A stretch of 64,000 nt of DNA, taken from assembly GCA_036172245.1 (NCBI GenBank), contig JAYWIR010000132.1:1-64000 (forward strand), written 5' to 3'. The translations under genes and the position numbers were made by a program. Source of the stretch: Raillietiella orientalis. Its lineage: Eukaryota. The notes beneath the pieces are model-generated. The model was not told where the DNA came from. It did no database searches and saw nothing but the letters and a program-made list of their open reading frames with translations. The number at the start of each line of letters is the position of its first letter. The stretch's first letter is position 1. This document shows, piece by piece, positions 15,001-29,164 of the stretch.

Positions 15001-18000
15001 GATCACCACACTACCTTGCGATTTCCTGCGATTAGAGGTGGATGAAGAACAGTCCGACATTTCATTAGGCCGGGGCACCTTGCACGCCGTGTTGTTTTCA
15101 TGGCAACCACTGTCGGAATTGAAATGCGAATTAATTAATTCGATCTGATTCATGGTGTGGTACAAATTTAAACCTTTTGCTGGTTTGTAATGAATTCGAA
15201 GTGAAGAGATTTCACCATGCACTCTTGCGCTTTTTCACGAAACATCCGTTGGCAGCCCGAGGCAATCTACCGTCATGAATAACCGCACCACCTTGCGATT
15301 TCCTGGTTTCAGAGGTGGATTAAGAAATGTCCGACATTTGATTAGGGTGCAACACTTTGCACTCCGTGTTGTTTTCATGGCAAGCACTATCGGAATTAGA
15401 AAGTGAATTATTTAATCCGATCTGATTCATGGTGTGGCACAAATTTACATATTTTGCTGGTTTGTAATCAATTCGAAGTACGGAGATTTCACCATGCACT
15501 GTTGCGCTTTTTCACGAAGCATTCCTTGGCAGCGCGAGGCGATGTACCGTCATGGATCACCGCACCATCATGCGACTTCCTGGTTTCGGAGGTGGATTAA
15601 GAAAAGTCCGACATTTCATTAACGCGGGGTACTTTGCACTCCGTATTGTTTTCATGGCAACCACTATCGGAATTAGAAAGAAAATTATTTAATTCGATCT
15701 GATTCATGGTGTGGTACAAATTTACATCTTTTGCTGGTTTGTTATCAATTCGAAGTGAAGAGATTTCACCATGCACTGTTGCGCTTTTTCACGAAGCATC
15801 CGTTGGGAGCGCGAGGCAATCTACCGTCATGGATAACCGCACCATCATGCGATTTCCTGGTTTCAGAGGTGGATTTAGAAAAGTCCGAAATTTCATCAGG
15901 GCGGAACACTTTGCACTGCGTGTTGTTTTCATGGCAACCACTATCGGAATTAGAAAGTGAATTATATAATTCGATCTGATTCATGGTTTGGTACGAATTT
16001 ACATCTTTTGCTGGTTTGTAATGAATTCGAAGTGAGGAGATTTGACCATGCACTGTTGCGCTTTTTCGCGAAACATCCGTTGGCAGCCCGAGGCAATCTA
16101 CCGTCATGAATAAGCGCACCACCTTGCGATTTCCTGGTTTCAGAGGTGGATTTAGAAAAGTCCGAAATTTCATCAGGGCGGAACACTTTGCACTGCGTGT
16201 TGTTTTCATGGAAACCACTATCGGAATTACAAAGTGAATTATTTAATTCGATCTGATTCATGGTGTGCTACAAATTTACATCTTTTGCTGGTTTGCAATC
16301 AATTCGAAGTGAGGAGATTTCACCATGCACTGTTGCGCTTTTTCACGAAGCATCCGTTGGCAGCGCGAGGCAATCTACCGTCATGGATTACCGCACCATC
16401 ATGCGATTTCCTGGTTTCAGAGGTGGATTTAGAAAAGTCCGAAATTGCATCAGGGCGGAACACTTTGCACTGATTGTTGTTTTCATGGCAACCACTATCG
16501 GAATTAGAAAGTGAATTATTTAATTCGATCTGATTCACGGTATGGTATAAATTTACATCTTTTGCTGGTTTGTAATCAATTCGAAGTGAGGAGATTTCAC
16601 CATGCACTGTTGCGGTTTTTCACGAAGCATCCGTTGGCAACGCGAGGCGATCTAACGTCATGGATCACCGCACCATCATGCGACTTCCTGGTTTCAGAGG
16701 TGGATTTAGAAAAGTCCGACATTTGATTTGGGTGGGACACTTTGCTCTCCGTAATGTTTTCATGGCAACCACTATCGGAATCAGAAAGTGAATTATTTAA
16801 TTCGATCTGATTCATGGTGTGGTACAAATTTACATCTTTTGCTGGTTTGTAATCAATTCGAAGTACGGAGATTTCACCATGCACTGTTGCGCTTTTTCAC
16901 GAAGCATCCGTTGGCAACGCGAGGCGATCTAACGTCATGGATCACCGCACCATCATGCGACTTCCTGGTTTCGGAGGTGGATTAAGAAAAGTCCGACATT
17001 TCATTACGGCGGGGTACTTTGCACTCCGTGTTGTTTTGATGGCAACCACTATCGGAATTAGAAAGCGAATTATTTAATTCGATCTGATTCATTTTATGGT
17101 ACAAATTTACATCTTATGCTGGTTTGTAATCAATTGGAAGTACGGAGATTTCACCATGCACTGTTGCGCTTTTTCACGAAGCATCCGTTGGCAGCGCGAG
17201 GCAATCTACCGTCATCGATAACCGCACCACCTTGCGATTTCCTAGTTTCAGTGGTGGATTAAGAAAAGTCCGACATTTGATTTGGGTGGGACACTTTGCA
17301 CTCCGTATTGTTTTCATGGCAACCGCTATCGGAATTAGAAAGTGAATTTTTTAATTCGATCTGATTCACGGTATGGTATAAATTTACATCTTTTGCTGGT
17401 TTGTAATCAATTCGTAGTACGGAGATTTCACCATTGCACTGTTGCGCTTTTTCACGAAACATACGTTGGCTGTGCGAGGCATTCTACCGTCATGGATAAC
17501 CGCACAACCTTTCGATTTCCTAGTTTCAGAGGTGGATTAAGAAAAGTCCGACATTTGATTTGGGTGGGACACTTTGCACTCCGTATTGTTTTCATGGCAA
17601 CCGCTATCGGAATTAGAAAGTGAATTTTTTAATTCGATCTGATTGATTTTATGGTAAAAATTTCCATCTTTTGCTGGTTTGGAATCAATTCGAAGTACGG
17701 AGATTTCACCATTTCACTTTTGCACTTCTTCACGAAGCATCCGTTGGCAGCGCGAGGAAATCTACCGGCATAGATCACCACACTACCTAGTGATTTCCTG
17801 CGTTTAGAGGTGGATGAAGAACAGTCCGACATTTCATTAGGGCGGGGCACTTTGCACGCCGTGTTGTTTTCCTGGCAACCACTGTCGGAATTGAAATGCG
17901 AATTATTTAATTCGATCTGATTCACTGTGTGGTATAAATTTGCATCTTTTGCTGGTTTGTAATCAATTCGAAGTGAGAAGATTTCACCATGCACTGTTGC

Positions 18001-19029
18001 GCTTTTTCACGAAACATCCGTTGGCAGCCCGAGGCATTCTACCGTCATGAATAACCGCACCACATTGCGATTTCCTGGTTTCCGAGGTGGATTAAGAAAA
18101 GTCCGACATTTGAATAGGGTGGGACACTTTGCACTCCGTGTTGTTTTGATGGCAACCACTGTCGGAGATAAAAACTGAATTATTCAATTGGATCTGATTC
18201 ACGGTATGGTATAAATTTACATCTTTTGCTGGATTGTAATCAATTCGTAGTACGGAGATTTCACCATTGCAGTGTTGCGCTTTTTCACGAAACATACGTT
18301 GGCAGTGCGAGGCAATCTACCGTCATGGATAACCGCACAACCTTCCGATTTCCTGGTTTCAGAGGTGGATTAAGAAAAGTCCGACATTTGATTAGGGTGG
18401 GACACTTTGCTCTCCGTGTTGTTTTGATGGCAACCTCTGTCGGAGATAAAAACTGAATTATTTAATTCGATCTGATTCATGGGGTGGTACAAATTCACAT
18501 CTTTTGCTGGTTTGTAATCAATTCGAAGTGAGGAGATTTCACCCTGCACTGTTGCGCTTTTTCACGAAGCATCCGTTGGCAGCCCGTGGCAATGTACCGT
18601 CATGGAAAACCGCACCACCTTGCGATTTCCTGGTTTCAGAGGTGGATTAAAAAAATTCCAACATTTGATTATGGTGGGACACTTTGCACTGCGTGTTGTT
18701 TTCATCGCAACCATTCGGAGTGAGTAGAAGAATTTTTTAATTCGAGCTCAATCATTTTATCGTACAAATTTAAATCTTTTGCTGGTTTCTAATCAATTCG
18801 AAGTACGGAGATTTCACCATGCACTGTTGCGCTTTTTCACGAAGCATCCGTTGGCAGCGGGAGGCAATCTACCGTCATGGATCACCGCACTACCTTGCAA
18901 TTTCCTGCTTTCAGAGGTGCATTAAGAACACTCCGATATTTGATTAGCGTGAGACACTTTGCACTCCGTGTTGTTTTCATGGCAAGCACTGTAGGAATTA
19001 GAAAGTGAATTATTTAATTTGATCTGATT
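1..19029 (+). repeat. Tandem satellite DNA array, ~277-bp monomer (278-bp variants present), ~69 copies, open at the left window edge
   Basis: The monomer GTGAATTATTTAATTCGATCTGATTCATGGTGTGGTACAAATTTACATC...CCACTATCGGAATTAGAAA recurs every 277-278 bp (e.g. starts 1273, 1550, 2104, 2381, 2658, 2935). Confidence 0.98.
4597..11520 (+). repeat. Higher-order repeat of the satellite: 9-mer (2493 bp) with an 8-mer variant
   Basis: The diagnostic variants GATACACGGTATGGTATAAATTTCC (~6003, 8496, 10711) and ATTAATTTTATGG (~6558, 9051, 11266) recur at 2493 then ~2215 bp. Identical spurious ORFs are offset by 2493 (5705/8198, 6813/9306, 7090/9583). Confidence 0.9.
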
Positions 19030-22000
19030 GTGAAATCTGCTCAGTTCGTAATGATTACAAAGCAGAAAAAGATTTCAATTTGGGCCACATAATGGATATG
19101 AACGAAGAACATCAATTTCTTTCTAATTCCGACAGTTGTTGCCATAAATACAACACAGAGTCCACAGTGACCCGCTCTAATGAAATATCGGATTCATTTT
19201 TATCATGCTCTGCAACGAGAAAATTGCATGGATGTGCGGTGATCCATGACGGTAGCATGCCTGTCGCTGGAAATGGATGCGTGCAGAAGTTGCGTAAAAT
19301 GCAGTGCTAAAATCTCCTCATACCAAATTGATTACAAACCAGCAAGAGATTTAAATTTGGACTACATAATGGATCAGATCTAAGGAAAACATTCCCTTTC
19401 TAATTCCCATACTGGTTACCATGAAAACAACACACAATCCAAAGTTCCCCGCACTAATGAAATGTCGGATTCTTATTCATCATCTTCTGAATCGAGGAAA
19501 TTGGAAGGATGTGCGGCTTCATGTCGTGATTGTGCCACTCGCTGGAAATGGATAATTCTTGAAGAAGCGCCAAAGTGCAATGTTGAAATGTCCTCATTTC
19601 GAATTGACTACAAAACAGGAAAAGATGTAAATTTGGTTTATATTATGAATAAGATTGAAGAAAACCATTTTCTTTCTAATTCCTACAGTTGTTACCATGA
19701 ATGCAACACAGACACCAAAGTGACCCGCTCTAATGAAATATCGGATTCATTTTAATCATGCTCTGAAACTAGCAAATTGGAAAGATGTGCGGTGATCCAT
19801 GAAGGTAGGACGCCTCTCGCTGGAAATGGATACGTGGTGAATTAGCGTAAAATGCAATGCTTAAATCTCCTCATTCCTAATTGATTACAAACCTGCAAAA
19901 GATGTACATTTGACCCACACAATCAATCAGATCTAAGGTAAAAGTTACTTTTCTAATTCCGAAACTCCTTACCATGTAAACAACACAAAGTTTAAAGTGA
20001 TCCGCGTTATTGAAATTGGCGACTCATCTCAATCATTCTCCGAAACCAGGATGTTGCAAGGATGTACGGCTCCTTGCCGTGAATTTGACACTCACTCCAA
20101 ATGGGTGTTTCTCGAATGAGCGCAAAATTGCAATGGTCAAATCTGCTTATTTCGAATTGATTGCAAAGCTGCCAAAGATGCAAATTTGGACTACATAATG
20201 AATATGATTGAAGAAAAACATTTTCTTTCCTATTCCGACAGTGGTTACCATAAAAACAACACAGAGTCCAAAGTGCCCCGCACTAATGAAATGTCGGATT
20301 CTTATTCATCATCCTCTGTAACCAGGAAATTGGAAGGATGTGCGGCTCCATGTCGTGAATATGCCAGTCGATGTTAATGGATGCTTCTTTTAGAAACGCG
20401 AAGGTGCAATGTTGAAATGTCCTCATTTTGAATTGATTACAAAACAGGAAAAGATGCAAATTTGGCCCATATAATGAATAAGATCGAAGAAAAACATTTT
20501 CTTTCTACTTACTACAGTTGTTACCATCAATACAACACAGAGTCCAAAGTGACCCGCTCTAATCAAATAACGGATTTATTTGAATCATGCTCTGAAACTA
20601 GCAAATTGCAAGGATGTGCGTTGATCCATGAAGGTAGGATGCCTCTCGCTGGAAATGGATGCGTGGTGAAGTAGTGTAAAATGCAATGCTGAAATCTCCT
20701 CATTCCGAATTGATTACAAACCAGCAAAAGATGTAAATTCGCACCAGATAACGAATCAGATCAAAGGAAAACATTGCCTTTCTAATTCCGTCTCTGGTTT
20801 GCGTGAAAACAACACAGAGTCCAAAGTGCCCAACTCAAATGAAATGTCGGATTCTTATTCATCAATTTCTGAAACTAGGAAATTCGAAGGATTTGTGGCT
20901 CCATATCGTGAATGTGCCACTCGCTGCAATTGGATGCTTTTTGAAGAAGCACAAAAGAGCAATGTTGAAATGTCCTCATTTCGAATTGATTACATAACAG
21001 GAAAAGATGTAAATTTGGACCATATAATGAATAACATCGAAGAAAAACATTCTCTTTCTAATTCCTAAAGTTGCTACCATGAATACGATACAGAGACCAC
21101 AGTGTCCCGCTCCAATGAAATATTGGATACTTTATAAACATCCTCTGAAATTAGAACATTTTAAGGATGTGCGGTGATCCTTGACGGTAGCATGCCCTTC
21201 CCTGAAAATGGATGCGTGGTGAGGTAGCGTAAAATGCAATGCTGAAATCTCCTCATATCGAATTGATTACAAACCAGCAAAAGATGTAAATTTGGACCAC
21301 ATAATAAATAAAATCTAATGAGAACATTCCCACTCTAATTCCGTCGCTGTTTACCAAGAAAACAACACAGACTACAAAGTGTCCCGCTGGAATGAAATAG
21401 CGGACTCTTATTCATTATCCTCTGTAATGAGGAAATTGGAAGCATGGGCGGCTCCATTTCGTGAATGTGCCACTCGCTGCAATTGGATGCTTCTTGAAGA
21501 AGCGCAAAAGTGCAATGGTGAAATGTTCTCATTTCGAATTGATTACAAACCTGCAAAAGATGTCAGTTTCCACCACATAATAATTAAGATCGAAGTAAAA
21601 CATTTTCTTTCCAATTCTGACAGTTGTTACCATGAAAACAACACAGACTTCAAAGTGACCCGCTCTATTGAAATATTCGATTCTTTATAATCATCCTCTG
21701 AAACCAGAAAATTGAAAGGATGTGCGGTGATCCATGACGGTAGCATGCCTCTCGCTGGAAATGGATGCGTGTTGAAGTAGCGTAAAATGCAATGCTGAAA
21801 TCTATTCATTCCGAATTGATTACAATCCCGCAAAAGGTGAACATTTGAACCACACAATCGATCAGATCTAAGGTAAAAATTCCCCTTCTAATTCCGACAC
21901 TGGTTACCATGTAAACAGCACAGAGTCCAGAGTGACCCGCGCTATTGAAATTTCCGACTCATCTTAATCATTCTCCGAAACCAGGATGTTGCTAGGATGT

Positions 22001-25000
22001 GCGGCTCGATGTCGTGAATTTGGCACTCACTGCAAATGGGTGTTTCTGGAGTAAGCGCAAAATTGCAATGGTGAAATCTGCCCATTTTGTATTGATTACA
22101 AAGCTGCAAATAATGTAAATTTGGATCACATAATGAATATGATGGAAGAAATACATTTGCTTTCTAATTCCGACAGTTGTTGACATGCAAACAACACAGA
22201 GTCAAAATTGATCCGCTCTTATCAATTATTGGATTCTTTTTAATCATCCTCTGAAACTAGGAAATTGCAAGGATGTGCGTTGGTCCATGAAGGTAGGATG
22301 CCTCTCGCTGGAAATGGATGCGTGGTGAAGTAGCGTAAAATGCAATGCTGAAATCTTCTCATATTGAATTGATTACAAACCAGCAAAAGATGTACATTTG
22401 GACCACATAATGAATCAAATCTAATGAGAACATTCCCATTCTAATTCCGACGCTGGTTACCAAGAAAACAACACAGACTACAAAGTGCTCCGCTGGAATG
22501 AAATCTCGGACTCTTATTCAATATCCTCTGTAATCAGGAAATTGGAACAATGGGCGGCTCCATTTCGTGAATGTGCCACTCGCTGCAATTGGATGGTTCT
22601 TGAAGAAGCGCAAAAGTGCAATTACAAACCAGCAAAAGATGTCAGTTTCCACCACATAATAATTAAGATCGAAGAAAAACATTTTCTTTCCAATTCCGAC
22701 AGTTGTTACCATGAAAACAACACAGAATTCAAAGTGACCCGCTCTAATGAAATATTCGATTCTTTATAAACATCCTCTGAAATTACAACATTTTAAGGAT
22801 GTGCGGTGATCCATGATGGTAGCATGCCTCTCCCTTAAAATGGATGCGTGGTGAAGTTGCGTAAAATGCAATGCTGAAATCTCCTCATTCCGAATTGATT
22901 ACAAACCAGCAAAAGATGTAAATTCGCACCACATAACGAATCAGATCTAAGGAAAACATTGTCATTCTAATTCCGTCTCTGGTTTGCGTAAAAACAACAC
23001 AGAGTCCAAAGTGCCCAACACTAACGAAATGTCGGATTCTTATTCATCATCCTCTGAAACTAGGAAATTGGAAGGATGTGAAGCTTCATGTCGTGAATGT
23101 GCCAATCGCTGCAAATGGATGCTTCTTGAAGAAGCGCAAAAGAGCAATGTTGAAATGTCCTAATTTCGAATTGATTACAAAACAGGAAAAGATGTTAATT
23201 TGGACCATATAATGAATAACATCGAAGAAAAACATTCTCTTTCTAATTCCTAAAGTTGTCACTATGAATACGATACTGAGACCAAAGTGACCCGCTCTAA
23301 TCAAATAACGGATTTATTTTAATCATGCTCTGAAACTAGGAAATTGCAAGGATGTGCGTTGATGCATGAAGGTAGGATGCCTCTCGCTGGAAATGGATGC
23401 GTGGTGAAGTAGCGTAAAATGCAATGCTGAAATCTCCTCATATCGAATTGATTACAAACCAGCAAAAGATGTAAATTTGGACCACATAATGAATCAAATC
23501 TAATGAGAACATTCCCATTCTAATTCCGACGCTGGTTACCAAGAAAACAACACAGACTACAAAGTGCCCCGCTGGAATGAAATCTCGGACTCTTATTCAT
23601 TATCCTCCGTAATCAGGAAATTGGAAGCATGGGCAGCTCCATTTCGTGAATGTACCACTCGCTGCAATTCGATGCTTCTTGAAGAAGCGCAAAAGTGCAA
23701 TGGTGAAATGTCCTCATTTCGAATTGATTACAAAACAGCAAAAGATGTAAAATTGGACCATATAATGAATAAGATTGAAGAAAAACATTTTCTTTCTACT
23801 TAATACAGTTGTTACCATCAATACAACACAGAGTCCAAAGTGACCCGCTATAAAAAAATCTTGGATTCTTTATAAACATCCTCTGAAATTACAACATTTC
23901 AAGGATGTGCGGTGATCCATGACGGTAGCATGCCTCTCCCTGAAAATGGATGCGTGGTGAAGTAGCGTAAAATGCAATGCTGAAATCTATTCATTCCGAA
24001 TTGATTACAATCCCGCAAAAGATGAACATTTGAACCACACAATCGATCAGATCTAAGGTAAAAATTCCCCTTCTAATTCCGACACTGTTTACCATGTAAA
24101 CAGCACAGAGTCCAGAATGACCCGCGCTATTGAAATTTCCGACTCATCTTAATCATTCTCCGAAACCAGGATGTTGCAACGATGTGCGGCTCGATGTCGT
24201 GAATTTGGCACTCACTCCAAATGGGTGTTTCTGGAGTAAGCGCAAAATTGCAATGGTGAAATCTGCCCATTATGTATTGATTACAAAGCTGCAAATAATG
24301 TAAATTTGGATCACATAATGAATATGATGGAAGAAATACATTTGCTTTATAATTCCGACAGTTGTTGACATGCAAACAACACAGAGTCAAAATTGACCCG
24401 CTCTTATCAATTATTGGATTCTTTTTAAGCATCCTCTGAAACTAGAAAATTGCAACGATGTGCGCTGATTCATGACGGTAGCATGCCTCTCGCTGGAAAT
24501 GGATGCGTGGTGAAGTAGCGTAAAATGCAATGCTGAAATCTCCTTATTCCGAATTGATTATTAACCACGAAGAAATGGAAATTTTGACAACATACCAATG
24601 AGATTGAAGTTAAACATTCCTTTCTAATTCCGATACTGGTTTCCATGAAAACAACACAGATTTCAAACTGACCCGCTCTAAGGAAATATCGGATTCTTTT
24701 TAATCATCCTCTGAAACCAGAAAATTGCAAGGATGTGCGTTGGTCCGTGAAGGTAGGATGCCTCTCGCTGGAAATGGATGCGTGGTGAAGTAGCGTAAAA
24801 TGCAATGCTGAAATCTTCTCATATTGAATTGATTGCAAACCAGCAAAAGATGTACATTTGGACCACATAATGAATCAAATCTAATGAGAACATTCCCATT
24901 CTAATTCCGACGCTGGTTACCAAGAAAACAACACAGACTACAAAGTGCCCCGCTGGAATGAAATCTCGGACTCTTATTCATTATCCTCTGTAATCAGGAA

Positions 25001-25668
25001 ATTGGAAGCATGGGCGGCTCCATTTCGTGAATGTGCCACTCGCTGCAATTGGATGCTTCTTGAAGAAGCGCAAAAGTGCAATGGTGAAAGGTCCTCATTT
25101 CGAATTGATTACAAACCAGCAAAAGATGTCAGTTTCCACCACATAATAATTAAGATCGAAGAAAAACATTTTCTTTCCAATCCAGACAGTTGTTACCATG
25201 AAAACAACACAGAATTCAAAATCACCCGCTCTAATGATATATTCGATTCTTTATAAACCTCCTCTGAAATTACAACATTTTAAGGATGTGCGGTGATCTA
25301 TAATGGTAGCATGCCTGTCGCTGGAAATGGATGCGTGGTGAAGTTGCGTAAAATGCAATGCTGAAATCTCCTCATTCCGAATTGATTACAAAGCAGCAAA
25401 AGATGTAAATTCGCACCACATAACGAATCAGATCTAAGGAAAACATTGTCTTTCTAATTCCGTCTCTGGTTTGCGTAAAAACAACACAGAGTCCAAAGTG
25501 CCCAACTCTAATGAAATGTCGGACTGTTCTTCATCCACCTCTAAACGCAGGAAATCGCAAGGTAGTGTGGTGAACCATGCCGGTAGATTTCCTAGCGCTG
25601 CCAGCGGATGCTTCGTGAAGAAGCGTAAAAGTGCAATGGTGAAATCTCCGTACTTCGAATTGATTACA
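19030..25668 (-). repeat. Inverted block of a diverged subfamily of the same 277-bp satellite, ~24 copies
   Basis: Reverse-complement monomer motifs (GAATTGATTACAAACCAGCAAAAGATGTAAATTTG, TTTCTAATTCCGA, CATGAAAACAACAC) recur at ~277-bp spacing, with many more substitutions than in the forward array. Confidence 0.95.
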
Positions 25669-26681
25669 TGAATGCACATTGATAAATTCCTGGGTATGAA
25701 AATCTAGAGTGTGTTTCTTTGAAGAATGGCGGATTTTGAAAGGCATCGAGCGGGATTCCATTAACCACTGTTGGCAACCTTGTGTGCGCATGTGTGCTTT
25801 CGCCATGCTTTCTGAGAGCGCGGGCGGAACAATTTTCGCGAGGTTAAAGCAAAGGTTAGAGTGACTCGGGTTTCTTCTTCGGAAATACCGCGTCATTCAT
25901 GTGCCGTGTAAGCTAGGTATTTCGCATCATTTGGCAGCATGTGGATTTTGTGGGATTGGATTACTTAGTACATTAGTGCTCTGCGAGTGTCTGATATTAA
26001 AGTTGCACAATATTGGCTATGCATCCCCTGGATTAGTGCGAAATTTCAAGCATGCATATTCGCAAATCAAACCGGGAGAGGAAAAAAGAAGAGCTTCTGA
26101 ATGTAGCTGTGAGATTTACGGAAGAAACTGATGAAGACTCGCAGGTTTGTGAAAAAATTTTAATTGGTATTACGTAATTTCATCATATTCCTTATTTCAA
26201 AACGAATCAGCAGGATCAACAGTACTCGTACACCATACATGTGAATGTTGCCAGTACATTGCTTAATTGGTTACCAGGAAATCACTTGATGTAGTGCTTT
26301 TGAGTAGTATCTCCCGAAAGAATGCACTCCTAAGATGGATTGTTTTGTTTTAGTCGTTTTGTTCCATTTTTTTGCCAAGGATTTTGTGACTTGGAAACCT
26401 TTCTGTATCTGTAGAATTAGGCAGATTACGATAACCAAAATCTGTGCGAACTGAAATTCAGTTGAACACAGAATCTTGACGTGGGTAAATGATTGCTATT
26501 AAGGAATATTTGAACCAGCAAAATAGTAATTTTGCTGGTTTAACGTTTTATAGCTCCATGATTGTTTCAGTGCATTTTGATAAGATCATTATAAAAAGAA
26601 ATAAAATCTCAAACAAGTAAGACTGAATTACACGAGGATTTGTGAAAGTGAGAAATCCTCTTTTAATGTGGGTACTCAGTT

Positions 26682-26725
26682 CTTCCAACTCAGCAAGGAC
26701 TCAGAATTCCTTGCTGAGTTGGAAG
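26682..26725. repeat. Perfect inverted repeat, 18-bp arms, 8-nt spacer
   Basis: CTTCCAACTCAGCAAGGA-ctcagaat-TCCTTGCTGAGTTGGAAG. Confidence 0.9.
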
Positions 26726-27020
26726 TAGAGTTAGGAGAAGTATGTAAAGGGTAAAAACAAAAAGATAAGAGGGTAAAGAGGGTAACTGACATGCCTAATG
26801 AACTCTGTATAGACTGGGTACTACTGTGGTTTGTGATAAAAAGGTACAACAAGTAAATTCTGGTATTTGTAATTTACTTTTGGCATTCTGGTATTCATGT
26901 TAAGTTAATGTATAATCCAGCAGGTTTTGGATATTAGAGTGACTGCCTGTGTTTGAAGATGCCAATGCAAAGAAAATGCTGAGAAATTCCAATATGGAAT
27001 TGTTGATGAACTGAAGAATT

Positions 27021-27073
27021 TTCAATTTCCACACTGAAGATGTGGCAACCACATCTTCAGTGTGGAAATTGAA
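27021..27073. repeat. Perfect inverted repeat, 25-bp arms, 3-nt loop
   Basis: TTCAATTTCCACACTGAAGATGTGG-caa-CCACATCTTCAGTGTGGAAATTGAA. Confidence 0.92.
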
Positions 27074-29164
27074 TGTGGTTTCTTATTGAAATTGATAACG
27101 CTGAAGTTCGTCTATGGCTTGTGATTTTGATGCTTTCTTTGATGATGGCATAGCTCTTATTGTGTTTCCACTGCTCTCTGGATAGTTTGGAAACAGGACA
27201 GTAGTACATAGTTTTTCATGATTGTTTTTCAGCATGAGCATTTTATTCAGCACTATAGTTTGGAGTGTAATTTGATGCATTGAGGAAACAAGTGCACTGT
27301 GAGATTGTTGCACAAAAAAATTCCAAATTGCAAGTTTTCGATTGATTCCTGGTAATTGTTTAAATTATTGTCATGACAATTATGATGGTAGAAGGACTGC
27401 ACTGACTGAATGTGGAAGCAAAATCAAAGTCTTTTGGTCTTAGAGTGCACCGCTTTTAAGATGATGTGTTGTATCTATCCTGATTTACTATCTTTTCTTT
27501 TTGGTGTTTATGACATAGTTTGCGCTCTCAAAGTTGAGCATACGTTTATTTCCATGCACCAAAGCCAATATTGTTTTCTGTTTGCTAATCAGTGTGCTTC
27601 TGATCATAAGTTGGAAAGCTGTTGCTTAGTCATCCTACTGAACTGCAGATTCTATTGAGTCTTTGTTAGTATGCTGCTTCTAGTAAAATAATATAAGCCT
27701 TACAGATCAACGGGGTCATTACATGGCTTTCTTCAAGTTGTATGGAATTAGAAAACAAAGGAAAACTTGATACTGTAACACCTAATAAAGCAAACATTTC
27801 AATGGACTTATTCTTTGGAGGATATCTGGTTCCATGGTTATTGTGTGTGTGTGAAGGAACTTGTAACAGTGTTTCAGCCTGGTTTGACTTGCTGCTTTGC
27901 CTTTTTAAATGAGATTTACACATTGTTGTTGTATATTAACTTGCTAGTGCTTCCACCATCAAATTTCTTCACATTCCAGCTTCTCAGAAGCTCTTTGATG
28001 CACTTACATTGTGGAACAACTGGTGGCCACAGCAAGTAGCATGAAATGGACACTCCCGGTTGTGTGTTTTTTCCTTACACTGGTGGTTTGTCCTGTAACC
28101 AGTTTGTAGCATTTATTACAATCACAAGCCAGTGGTACAACAAGATATTTTTGGAGGAAGGGAATGATGGGTTCCAAACCAACTTGACAGTAATGGCATT
28201 CATTTATTGTGCAGGCTAATTGTGATGGGATGCACAGGGGTGATGTACTGGTAAGGAAACGTTTGTGGGAGACAACCATGCATCAAAAGAGTTGTCTCAT
28301 CAATGCTTCTCCGCATTGAAATATCAACTTGGCAAAGAAAATTCTGTGGTAGCGGAAAACTGTTATGTATTTTGCTATGGATGCTCAGTTGCCATCGTTT
28401 GATAGTCGTTACCTTGGTTCGGAATGGTCCGTTCTTGGTTTTTGCAGGGAGAATCACTTTTTCGTTAAGTTCATTTAAGATGTCAATGATCCACAAAAGA
28501 TGGGTCGTGTTCGAAAACCTCGAGAATGTTCTGATTCTATACCCCTGAATTTCCACAGTATGAATTATTGGCAGTTTTCTGGGAAACTCCTAACATATGC
28601 GTGATCATTCTGCTCATTCAGAAAGTGCTAATTCAAACATTTAGTGCATCTTTGTATTGTATAAAGGAACTGGGCCTCTTTGAATTTGTGTTCTTTGCGA
28701 GTTTGTTGTAAGGTATTTTTTAAGCACTTAGAATCCATGCATCGTGATGCAATAAGTACAGATTGTGAGGTTAGGTGCGACGTGAACAGTACCTTTTTTT
28801 TTTTTTTTTTTTTATCAGATTCATCGTCCGTGACAGTGATGGCGAACCTTTTTATTTGTGCGTGCCAATAATTTACAAATAATGTTTATCGAGATGCTAA
28901 GGTCATGGGGTTTGGAAAAAAAGGAAAGTTGCTCATAGCAGGATTTTAATAAAATAATTTGAAAGTTAAGGTAAAGTGATTCAAAGTAGCATAAAAAAAT
29001 TCATGTATTCGGAACTTGATATATTTGAAAAATTAATGGAATTTTCGTTGTATTTTTGATGCTCAATGTTTTGCATCGGTTTCATATTTAGGGCATTGAA
29101 GTGTAGCATTTAATTGATTTTAATTTTAGCACGAATTATTAAAAAAACATTAGTATTGGAAGCT

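Noticed and set aside
1..19029. CRISPR array or other prokaryotic repeat system
   Set aside because: No unique spacers and no cas genes; whole 277-bp units repeat, and the context is eukaryotic.
163..25679. Repeated 60-177 aa ORFs (MNYLIRSDSWCG..., etc.) here and in 53400-63743
   Set aside because: They are translations of satellite monomers, mostly from non-ATG starts, with variable stops and frameshifts and no protein motifs.
25669..28790. Possible host gene exons or short ORFs in the unique island
   Set aside because: No recognisable domain or consistent exon chain by eye; needs RNA-seq or blastx.
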